A DNA stretch of 64,000 nucleotides, from the NCBI GenBank assembly GCA_050084515.1, contig CM114271.1, forward strand, positions 31,124,001 to 31,188,000. Reading direction: 5' to 3'. Shown here in pieces: positions 25,774 to 37,199 of this stretch. The notes under the pieces were generated by a model. That model was not told the origin of the DNA. It searched no databases and saw nothing but the letters and a program-made list of their open reading frames with translations. The stretch comes from Blasia pusilla. Its lineage: Eukaryota. The position numbers were made by a program, and so were the translations under genes. The first letter of the stretch is position 1. Every line of letters starts with the position of its first letter.

Positions 25774-28700
25774 CCCTCTATGATTTAGAGGGATATTTTA
25801 TCGTTAATAATAATGATATATTGGATGTCGTGCGAATACACATCTCTGCCAACATACATTGGCTCTCGTGCACACACATGTCTAAGATCCATCTAGATAT
25901 GAATCCTAACATCTCTTCACTTGAACGACTAGACAACCCCAATATAAAGTTGAATACGCACCGTAAACTCTGATGAAATCTGCAATCAATCGCGCTTCAT
26001 CCAAACTACCATACTCATGATTCGGATATACAGTGGTGTAATAACAAAAGAAAGTATACACAAGGATTGCCAAAATGTTTGATCTTCCTTATTGATTGCT
26101 CCTAGCCCACTCTTCAGGAGAGAATCCACGCTCAATACATGCAAGCCGCATTGTATCATAGATCCCAACAAGGTTCCGCACTCCTAAGGAGATTAGCTCC
26201 AAATGAGCTTCACCCGAGGTATACCCCCCCTAGGCACCTCCATAGGTGACATATACACAGAGGTCACCTCCCTCCTAGCAGGTCACTACCAATATGTAGT
26301 ACACACATACTAGCTCCCTAACAACTACACATGTGGTCCCCTCATGAGACCAACTACCAACTAACCCACGACCCCATAGGTCCAAGTGGAGCCATATATG
26401 GTTGGGAAGGTCAACCTCTCCAAAGTTGTCACTCCTCATAAAGGGAAGGGTGACCTACACTCATAGGTCACCTCCTAAGAGCAATTCGCATATGACCTCT
26501 CAAAATAGGGTGGTACAAGACCCCTCTAAGGCCTCAATACTATCTCGCCCTATGCCTCATCTACCATGACAACTGTTGTGCGAATACACATCGCTGCCAA
26601 CAGACATCGGCTGTCAAGCACACACATGTCTAAGATCCATCTAGGTATGAATCCTAACATCTCTACACATGATCGACTAGACAACCCCAATCGCCTCCCT
26701 AGCTGGCGGTTAGGTCCCTCTAACTCTACATAGCCTACAAAACAAGTCTAAATGCTACGCACCTTTTCGGTGCTAAGTTCTAGATCATGAGGTCGGATGC
26801 TATGTCGCCCCATTGTTAGTCACCTTCCTGCAATCCATAACATCAAGAGTCATCTTGTAATCTACCTATGCCACCTATGTACATCTACGACAAAGTCAAC
26901 GTCCCTGAGGAACCAAGTCAAGAGGCGGCATCAAACACGATATATGCCATCCTCGAGAACACCCATCACAAACTAGCATCGTGGCTGTGCCTCTGGCAGA
27001 CCCACACAATATGCATCTCAAGCCTGCAAGAACAACTTCCAAGCTCGGATCAATCCTCCCATCTACGTTCGAAAGATGACATGGCGCACCATTACGCACA
27101 TGATCTTTCCAAACCCTTACGACCCTCTAAAACAAGGACTCTAGAAGGTAAAATCTCTCGCACTCGTAGAATAGTGTGTCTCGCCTTCACGTCCAATGTT
27201 GTCAACATTTTCTGCTATAGGTAGACATAATCTCCAAGATGGAATTGCCGAATCCTTTGTCAATAGCCTCCTCCACGCGTAGTTGCGTACCTTAGAGTAT
27301 CGCGATCCTCAGCGATAGCCAGGTTCTCAAACGACATAAGCATGACTCTTCAAAAGAGCTCAGCCCGTCAAAACAAGCTCGCATCCGTACGTCTGGATCG
27401 TCGAGGTCAAGTACCTCAACCACATCTCATCGAATCTACGATGGTAACTCTCGCTCTCTCTCATAGAGCAAGAAATACATTGAAAATGATGCCAAGGATG
27501 CCTGTCGACTGAAGAGGTAATCCATTGCCAACCACGCCAACTGTAGGTCCCAATCTCCCAAGTGTCCTCTCTGCAGTCCATACTTGCGCAATCCTCTCTA
27601 CACCATCCGCACAACTCTCTATGCCAAACCATCTGCCTGCGGATGATCTTGATAAGTCGTACGATGATCTATCAGTGCCTAATCACACAAGGCCTAAAAA
27701 GTCACCCCTAAACTCAGTACCCTGGTTTATCAACACCTCTGCTGGTACGCCGAAATGACTAAGCACTCTATCAAGAAATGCATAAGCCGCTCCCTCACTC
27801 AACCTATCCGGCAACACTACCAACTCAATCCACTTGGAGAAGTGCTCCACCATGAACAACACGTATTGACTATGGCGTCCCATCAATGGTAAAGGCCCTG
27901 CAAAGTCTATACTCCAACGATACCCTAATCCCATGATTGATAAAGGATGCAAGTGTGGTGTCGGAGCATTAAAAAATGCCCGCACTCTATCACATACAAT
28001 GCATCTCGCTACAAACTACTAACCATCAGTCTATATACCATGCCACCAATATTGAATCTGAATCAAGCTATACATACAGTTGACTCCGAAATTCCCTAAC
28101 TCCTCGTGAGCATATCTCACGACTTGTGCTCGTTGCAAAGGATGCGGTATCATCCGCACTCATCCATCCTCCCAAACTTGAAGCATATGCATCCCCTCCC
28201 ACCTAAACCAGCCTCCTGGCTCATTGTAGGACTCAATCCTGCTCTCTAGTACCACTGTGCTTGCTAAGACACTAGTGCCCATGTACTCCAAGACCATCTC
28301 ATCGTCATGGATGTCTCCAGTCCATGTTAATTGCTCACTAGCATCTGGATCTAAGGACTCACCATCCAACCTCCCTCTTGGAGTGAATGCCTCTTGCTGA
28401 CTTGACATGGCCAACCGACACAAAAAGACGGATGCGTACCAACTTGGAACCATCTCCTCATCACTCTCACCATGCCACCACACTCCTATCGCATCGCTCT
28501 CGCTCGTGCATGGGTTACGGATTAACCTGTCCGCATCTTGGTTCAGATGTCTTGGGCGATGGACAACCTGAAAATCATATTCCTACAACAGGAGTGACCA
28601 TCTAGCAAGCTTCCGTATAAGCTTGTCAGACTCCATCAACCATCTGAGTGGCAGATGATCAGTGATGAGCATGAAAGGGTTCCCGAACAAATAACATCTG

Positions 28701-29661
28701 AAATAGGTCACTCCCTACATTGCAACTAAGCACTCCCCCTCATAAGAATTATACTTCGCCTCCGCAAAGTTGTTCAAGCGGCTCGCATATGCCACTATAA
28801 ACTTCTTCCCCTCATCATCTCTCTAAGTGAGCACCACTCCTAACCCCAACATATTCCAGTCCATATGTAATTGGAACGGACGACAATACATAGGTCTCCT
28901 AAAAAATGGGCGAAGACGTCAACCTGTCCTTGAGCTCTTGAATGCTCGCTCCTGATCATCTCCAAAAAACCACTCCTAGTCCAATCTAGTCAGCAAAGTC
29001 AGTGCCTTTGCAATCGCACTAAAGCCCTTCATATACCGTTGGTAGTAGTTCGCCAATCCCATGAAAGCTCGAACTCGACTCACATCTGTAGGGCGGGGAA
29101 TGCGCGCTATGGCCTCCACCTTTGTTGGTTGAACTCCAATACCCCTTGGATAAACGGTGTGTCCAAGGTACTCAATCTGGTCATGGAAGAACCTACACTT
29201 GTCTGGATATAAATTCAGCCCATGTAACTGCAATTGTCAAAACACCTCCTCCATATGTCTCTCATGCTCCTCAACGGTAGCACTGAAGAAAATAATGTCA
29301 TCGATGTAACATCTCGCATAATTCAAACTAGCCAAAATCCCATCCATAACTTGCTGAAAGCCCGCAAGGCATTCTTCAACCCAAACGGTAAGAATCGCCA
29401 CTGGTACAAACAATCCTTCCCGAAAGGATCTATCCCCCAAAATGTTGTCTTCTCCCTGTCCTCCACTCGGATGGTCAACTGATGATAGCCAGCATTGAGA
29501 TCCAAACAATTTAAGATCCTTGCATGCCCCACCGCATCAAAGATCTCCTCGGGAGTAGGCATAGTATAGCGATCGGCCTTCGTATGCCGATTAATAGGAT
29601 GATAATCCCCACAAATCCGCCTATCGGCCCATTGGCCATGTATATCCTTCTTTGTCGGCAT

Positions 29662-30925
29662 AAAGAGTTAGTGTGTAAACTCCTTCCTCGTTAAGTGTTA
29701 GATAGAGTTTTATTAGTATTAAGTAAATTAGCTTAAGAAAAGGAAATTCCCATGTTTAAACCTCTTTATGGTGCCTCTTTTATGCGCGCCCAACTTTAGG
29801 AAAAGAGGTAATAAATAAAAGATGACTTTATAAAAGTAAAGTAGTGAGGTTGGTGTTTTAATGAAAAGAAAAAATAGTCTTGGTTGGTGACTAGGTTAGT
29901 TGGGGTAATTTGGAAAATATCATGTGGGTAAAAGAGGATATTTTGGAAGAGATAAGAGGAAATCTACTTATGTCAAAATATGATTGGTTAAGCCTTGAGA
30001 GGAAGCCATGTGGCACAAGATAAGATTAGCTCTATTTCGTATTCTTGGGGATCCCTTGGGAGTATATAAAGAGGAGGGACATTCAAGGGTTCATCACATT
30101 CTATTCCACATCTTGAGTCTCTCGTGTCATTCTTGAGTGTATGGCTTTGGGATTGCTTGCTCTTCCAATGAGAGTGGATCACCCCTCTTGGAGAGTAACT
30201 TGACCATGGTCTATTCTTTGAGAGGTTTCTAGAGTGTGGTGTGTGTGTGGAGATGAGAGGCTTGTCACCTTAGAGGATTTTAGTCATACTAAAATAGTGA
30301 ATGTTTTGGCTTGTTACTTTCCCAATCAGAGTGGATTACGCCTCTTGGGGAAATAGTTCCGTCAAAACCCATTCTTGAGGAGAGTAGAGAATGTCTATCA
30401 AGCACGAATAGGGGTGGAGCACGAGTTGTGCTCAAATTTCCTTTCCTCAATCCATACCATATCAAGATACTATTTGTAGATAGGCACTAGTTCAGTCGTT
30501 ATTTAGTTTATCACTTTGGGGAGGCGTTCATGAACCAGGTCATGCAATCTCCAACTCCGGTGATCCTTCCTATCGTCACATATGGAAGGACATGGGATTG
30601 TACTTTGTATGTCCTTATATAGTAATCCATGGATATCAATAGGCCTGCTCAAGTAGGGTTTAACACTAGTTGTGCTATCTTCCTCGTATACAAGCGTAAA
30701 ATAGTTTATAGGGATTTTATAGTTAGGAATTTCGGGGTCCGATGTTACGAAGAAGTGATCGCCTCAGCACTTCCATTTGTGATACCTGTCATGAGAGAAT
30801 GGAGAGTATACACAATAATTTTATATTGAAAAAGGAGAACTTCTCAGAGAGTTTATCTTGCATCGACCACGTTTGCCGCAGCTAAAAGACCTACCCTTAC
30901 TTAAAGAAAGGCTCTCGACACGACA
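29662..30925. mobile_element. About 1.27-kb solo-LTR-like insertion, left end clipped, inside the pol gene of the 25826-33573 element
   Basis: Aligns along its length with 46270-47544 and ends CGACACGACA. It separates pol segments ..PIFRRSYRYSDMERALI..QDLANA (30926-31025) and MPTKKD (from 29661). Confidence 0.85.
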
Positions 30926-31266
30926 GCGTTAGCCAAGTCTTGACTCATACTGTGAATCAAGGCTCGCTCCATGTCGGAATACCTGTAGGATCGTCGGAAG
31001 ATAGGAGTATCACTATCCAACTCGCGCACTTGATAGAAAGAGCCGCGCGCACTTGAACAAGCCGCGAAATAGGAACCACATTTCCAATTCTTCCTCCATC
31101 CTCTCGCCGTGCTTGAAGAAGAGCCGCACCGCACTTGAGAATCCACGGAATGGGAACTCGATTTCCGATTCTTCTCTCCTTCCTCTGAACGCCGTGTTGA
31201 AACTGAGAGTATCGCCGATCTCACTTCTTGGGTCCGCACCAAAGGTAATCAGAACTTCAATTCTGA

Positions 31267-31585
31267 TTGCCTCCTTCCTATCCTCTCCACCTTCTTATAG
31301 AGAAGACCCAAAAGTGAGGAGCGGAATGGGAACTAGAGTTCCAATTGCCTGCTTCCTATCCTCTCCACCTTCCTATAGAGAAGACCCATAAGTGAGGAGC
31401 GGAATGGAAACTAGAGTTCCGATTTCCACCTTCCTATCCTCTCCACCTTCCTGTAGAGAAGACCCACAAATGAGGAGCAGAATGGGAACTGAAGTTCCAA
31501 TTGCCTCCTTCCTATCCTCTCCACCTTCCTATAGAGAAGACCCACAAGTGAGGAGCGGAATGGGAACTGAAGTTCCAATTGCCTG
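31267..31585. repeat. Minisatellite, 4 x 78 bp
   Basis: Unit ttgcctccttcctatcctctccaccttcctatagagaagaccca..gtgaggagcggaatgggaact..agttccaa starts at 31267, 31345, 31423 and 31501. Confidence 0.92.
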
Positions 31586-34500
31586 CTCACTTCACTTTCC
31601 TACGCCGCCGCACTATGCCACGCCGTAGTAGTCAACTACAGTTGAGACGCTCCAATGTTCTCCAACTGAGACAGAATGGCACTTGAGTTCCAAATCCTCC
31701 TTACTTCCTTATCACTTCCATGCCAATCTCTGCTACGCCGTCGAGATGACCACCATGCAGTTAAACCACGCCTTGGCTCAACTATGCTTGAAATGGAACT
31801 TGAGTTCCAAATCCCTTTTGTAGCTCCTTGTCACCCTTGCCGCCCCGTGCCATGCCACGCCCTTAAGATGACTCAGCCCTTGTTGTTGAATCAGAACTTC
31901 AATTCTGATTCCCACTTTGCCGCTCTGCTCAGAATTGCCTCTTGGGAGGGCTCTGCTGAATCAAAACTTAAGTTCTCATGCCTCCCTCAACTCTACCAAC
32001 TCTGTGGCTAACAGTCCTAACTACACTCCACTAACGGCTCCAAACTAGTGCCACTAGTTCCTCCACTAGCGGCACCCAAACCTTTCTCAACCTCTCACCA
32101 AGGGAAAGCTATACCACGTAGCCTCTTCCTTGCCTTTCGTGAACCATGTTCATCAACAAGGGAAATCATAACTTCAGTTCCGATTGAATGAAGAGCTCTC
32201 CTCCTCCTCACTCCTTCTCACTTTTCCACAAAAGGGCTATCAGAACTTAAGTTCTGATGCCTTGCACAGCAGCTCCAACGCTACTCTCTTGCCCTTTCAC
32301 ACTGATGATCCGCTCATCTCAAGGAATCTATGTGGCTATGGGAAATCTTTTTGGAATATTTCTTAAATGAACTCCGTTTCCGGTCTCGATTTCAGAGTTG
32401 GATTCAAATTTTTGCGATCTTTCCAATTGCAAATTCAGCTCTCACAAAATCCCGCACAATCAAACACCATTGTGCCCTCCTTACATTTGCTTCTTGCTTG
32501 ATTCTCCCTTTGCCCAAAATTCATCCAATTTGATCCTTAATCAAGCATACCTCACTCAAAATTAGCAACGAAGTGCCCACGTACTTGCTGACTGGCCCAC
32601 CCTCAATCATGTCACAATTGACATTGATTTCCTCACCAAAATTGTCTCAAGAATTCCGTTCCTACAATCTGATCCTTAATTGCTCCACTCTTGAGCAACT
32701 CCACCAAGATTGAGAAGCCGCCCCCCTTCAAATCCTGTCAAATTTGTCGCATTGCACAGATTTCTCAATTCTGAACATCTCACTTCGATTTTAGCAATTC
32801 TTCTGCCCCATCTCCTCCCACATGGTCAGGATACACTAGCTTGCAATTCCTGCAAACCCCACAGCACCACAATTGTTCTCTACATCACATATTGAGTCCC
32901 ACGTTCTCTTCTATTGAGAACCAGTGTGCATATCCTTAGGATATAAAGTTTAATACGCATAGTAAACTCTGATGAAATCTGCAATCGACCGTGCTTCATC
33001 CAAATAGCCATACTCATGATTCGGATACACACTGGTGTAACAACAAAAGAAAGTATACACAAGGATTCCCAAAATATGTGATCTTCCTTATTGATCGCTC
33101 CTAGTCCACTCTTCAAGAGAGAATCCAGGCTTAATACATGCAAACTACAGTGTATCACAAATCCCAACAAGGGTCTGCAATCCTAAGGAGATGAGCTCCA
33201 AATGAGTTTCATCCAAGATATATCCTCCTAAGCACCTCCATAGGTTACCTGTACACACAAGTCACCTCCCTCCTAGTAGGTCACTACCAATCTATAGTAC
33301 ACACATATATACTAGCTCCCCAACAACTACACATATGGTCCCCTCATGAGACCAACTACCAACTAACCCACGACCCCATAGATCCAAGTGGAGTCATACA
33401 AAGGTAGGAAGGTCAACCTCTCCAAGGTTGCCATTCCTCATAAAGGGAAGGGTGACCTACACTCGTAGGTCACTTCCTAAGAGCAGGTCACATATGACCT
33501 CTCAAAATAGGGGAGTGCAAGACCCCTTTAAGGCCTCGATACTATCTCGCCCTATGCCTCATCTATCATGACATAAGAAAGTAGACACATCAATTATAGG
33601 GGTTTAGACATTAGTGATAATTGTAGTGAGATTAGAGATTTGATGTTTGATACCCTTTCTCTTTATCATGATTCAAGTGTTGAATATGATAATGGGCGTA
33701 ATTAGCGGATAGAGTATATATTGTGTATATTTATCATTGATATTCATACTCAAATAAAAAATTTGATGAAAAATATATTATATTCTCTACAAATTATGAA
33801 AACTCGCCATTTTTTTGTTTTTTTGTTTTATATATATATATGAAATTCTTTAAATATTATGACTTGTTGCAGACTTTGCAAGTTATGGCAAAGAAGAATA
33901 TGAGAAAAAAATATTTTATAAACCATGAGGCAACTTGAAGATAGTGATGGTGAGTAGTATGTTCCTCTTGGTGAAGAAGCACTTGAGCCTATGCCAAAAA
34001 ATCTTGAGTGAAGTGAAGTCTTACAAGTTTTGAGTGATGGCTTTGTTCCAACACATGTTTTTTATGAGGAGCTAGATAATAAGTACATAATTGTACCAAT
34101 TAAGGATGTAAGATGAGTGTTTGATGAGAGTGTATGAAGAGTTCTATCCACACTTATAGTAGAACCTATTAATTAATGTTTTATTATTGAGTTATCCCAA
34201 GGTAAGGAGGAAGAAGGAGATCCAGGTTCGACTAATGATTGTAATCCTTCCTTTGAGCTCATATCCTCTGGCCTTTGTGCAAGACGTTTGAGGTTTTTGG
34301 GTCTTGGATTCTTATGAGTGCTTATTTTTATGACTCTGATGACTCAAGTGAAATAAGTATTGCTGTGTCTCACTTCATAGTAGATTCATTGCCTTTCTGA
34401 AATATGAAATCTAAGAAACTTACCATTTTTTTATTCATAGCAATGTAATGGTCAAGTTCATATGTTCTTTGATTCCAAATATGTATGTTTATATTTATTT

Positions 34501-35250
34501 GTGAAATTTTTTTATCTTCCATAGAAATATTTGTCATAGGATTGATAAAGATCAAGCATCATAACAATATGGTAAAAGGTCTTTCAGTGATATTACAAAC
34601 TTTGAGGGTAATATGGATCTTGCATGTAAGAAGGCAGAAAAGGCATAGTATCAAAGGAAAAAGCGAGCATGTTAAGATTTTCCCTTTGTAACTCCTCCTA
34701 CATTTTCGACTATAACGTGTGCAAAGTAAGGATGTTCAACATTATTTTAATTTAAAGAGATCTAAATTTTCTGGGCATCTTATGGAAAAAAATATGTTCT
34801 TCCTTTATTTCTTATTTATTTTTAGTTTTTTTAGACATCCAGATCCATTGAACTCATGACGGCTATGTTAAATACATAAAGTTGCAAGAGCTCAAGGAAA
34901 AAGTTGAAGATATGGAATTTTAGATCGTAGGTATTATTCTATTTTTTCTTAGTATATCAATATTGGAATGATTGTGAATAATCTTGGCTTACTAAAATCT
35001 TTTCATTGTTTTTTTTTAGGCTAGTAGCAAATATATTGGATATGGTTTATCTAGCCTTCTAATGTTTTATTTATGTCATCTCCTATGTATGTTTCTATTC
35101 TGTGGCACTCCTTTCCTTTTTATTTCCATTAGTTTGTTTTTATTGATGTATTCTAACGTGTAAGTTACACGACATAATCCTTAATAACTTGTTTATTTTA
35201 GTCTTCCTATTCCTTCCAACCCTCAAAAATTAGATGACATGCTTCGAGTT

Positions 35251-35552
35251 CATGGTCGCACAAAAACAGTCAAGTCTGGACATCTCCACTGACAAGGATT
35301 GTAAGAGGTGGGGCGTATACTTATAGTTCATGATAGAAGGTAGGGCAAGGGCGAGTGGGAAATAAGGGGGGAGGAAGTGGAGGTGAAGGGAGGAAAAAAC
35401 AAGAAATATTAAATATAAAACAAAAAAGCAAGTGAGAGAAAAAGAAAGAAGAGGAAGGTGGGGCCTATATGGACAAGTCCTTTCATAGGACGGACGTAAG
35501 TCCACGGACATGGATATGTTTGCGGACACGGACTTTGTCCACATTAACCTTG
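35251..35552. mobile_element. hAT-type MITE, same family as 7858-8167
   Basis: Termini CATGGTCGCA...TTAACCTTG; TSD TTCGAGTT / TTCAAGTT (7 of 8); interior homologous to 7858-8167. Confidence 0.85.
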
Positions 35553-35612
35553 TTCAAGTTGCACGAGATCAAATTCAAAGACAAAGGCATGTTGATTTGG
35601 TTGACCTTGCTG

Positions 35613-35925
35613 CAAGGTTGCATATAGACAAAGTCCGTGTCCGTGCGCGGATATGTCCATGTCGGTGGACTTATGTCCCTCCTTTACAAGGACTTGTCCA
35701 TGTGGGCCACATCCCCCCTCCTAATTGCCTTCGTGATCTACACTTTCTTGTTTCTTCTTCCTCCCACCTTCATTCCCTCGATCCCCTCTTATTGCCCCGC
35801 CCACCCTTGCCCCATGAATTATAATTTTGGGCTCCACCTTTTACAATCCATGTCCATGGACATATCCAAAGTTTTACGTCCATGTCCATCCTAGATACGG
35901 ACTTGTATATTTTTGTACAACCATA
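35613..35925. mobile_element. hAT-type MITE, opposite orientation to 35251-35552
   Basis: Termini CAAGGTTGCA...TACAACCATA; TSD CCTTGCTG / CCTTGTTG (7 of 8). Confidence 0.85.
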
Positions 35926-37199
35926 CCTTGTTGATGTTGATAGTTGATGACCTTATGATTCTTCTCGAAGGATCATATTACATATGAAGACAATCCTAAT
36001 GTTGGGATGATTCCTTCCCCTATTAATGAAGCAGTGGCTCTTATGATTGCCACTAGAATTGATGACTTTGTTGTTGAAGATAATATGAGATACTTCTAAT
36101 TTTCTATATTGGACTTAAATTTTTTTCATATTTTAATTAACTAGGGTGCGGCCTAGGATTGCTAAGTTTGAAACGGGTCTCATAGGAGCGGAAACATGAG
36201 ATAAGAGAAGATGAATGAATCAATAAGGCATTGACATGAGGTAGATGGGTGCTATTGGAAGGCCTTTAATAAAGTGACCGCGCAACAATACGTTGGCTGC
36301 TGCTCCAACGTATTGAAGTTGGAATTTAAGGACACATCATTTGGGTAATAACATGTATTTATTATATGTAGTTGGTCATGGTATAGAGATGGCATTTTGA
36401 ATGTGTCTACATAGTTCACATTATTTGTCCTAATTATATTGTCACGAAACTGATTAAGATAGGAAGTTGATTTGCCTTTTGCGCTACATGGAGAACAATG
36501 GATGCGCAAGGTGGGGTGAAAGTTCTCTGCAAGTAGTAAATGGATACTAGTTATGTCGTAAGATTGAGGTTGTGCGACAGAGTAGCCTGTGTAGCACAAA
36601 GCTCAAATGGTATGTCATAGTATTTGATTTGGACAGGAAAGAATGAAAAGAAGGGCAACAACTTGATAGCTATGGTGGAAATCCACAAGTGGGAGTTTGT
36701 GCTAGGAAATCTGCAATCTGAAATATAGAATGGACATATGGACATTTACTGTGAATTTCTTGTATTAACAAACAACGAAAAATTCAGTGGAGTGTGTTGG
36801 ATAGAATGATGTGTGTATAGAGATCCCTTCATGAGCTTGCTGCTCTCAAAGCATGGAATGGGCAAGCATTGAGATGAAAAAATCCGGAAAAGAGATTGCA
36901 AGAGTCAGCAGAATCCTGAGAATCCTAACACACTAGCATTTGGAGGACATACTGGAGTAGAAATGAAGAGATTTTGGAAATATGTTTCTTTTTATATGTC
37001 GGATTCAAAATTGTGACAAAATGAAGTTTTGATATAGACTGAAATGGTCAAGCTAATGCTCATTGTAAAAGTGGATACATATATCTGAATATGATGTAAT
37101 TGATAATGGGCATGTAGGTCTAGCAAGCGATGGACTAGCTGGTGAGGTAGTTGTGGTAATTGAACTAGCTGAGCATGAGCAGGAGCAGGAGCAAGAGGC

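Larger units (their letters stand above)
25826..33573 (-). mobile_element. Ty3/Gypsy-type retroelement (RT, RNase H, DDE integrase, PHD finger) with split direct repeats; decayed
   Basis: RT: PTKKDIHGQWADRRICGDY, YIDDII (28976-29661). RNase H: AYASRLNNFAEAKYNSYEGECL (about 28730-28800). Integrase: WSIDFAGPLP..VEHFSKW..NQGTEF (27683-27985). PHD: CILC..MLVCDGCSRGWHISCL (26896-27030). Termini TGTCGTG...CATGACA. Repeats: A 25826-25943, B 25942-26571, A' 26574-26691, B' 32941-33573. Confidence 0.85.

Noticed and set aside
31267-31585. Regular repeats with a palindromic core, superficially CRISPR-like
   Set aside because: Units are contiguous with no unique spacers, there are no cas genes, and the context is eukaryotic.
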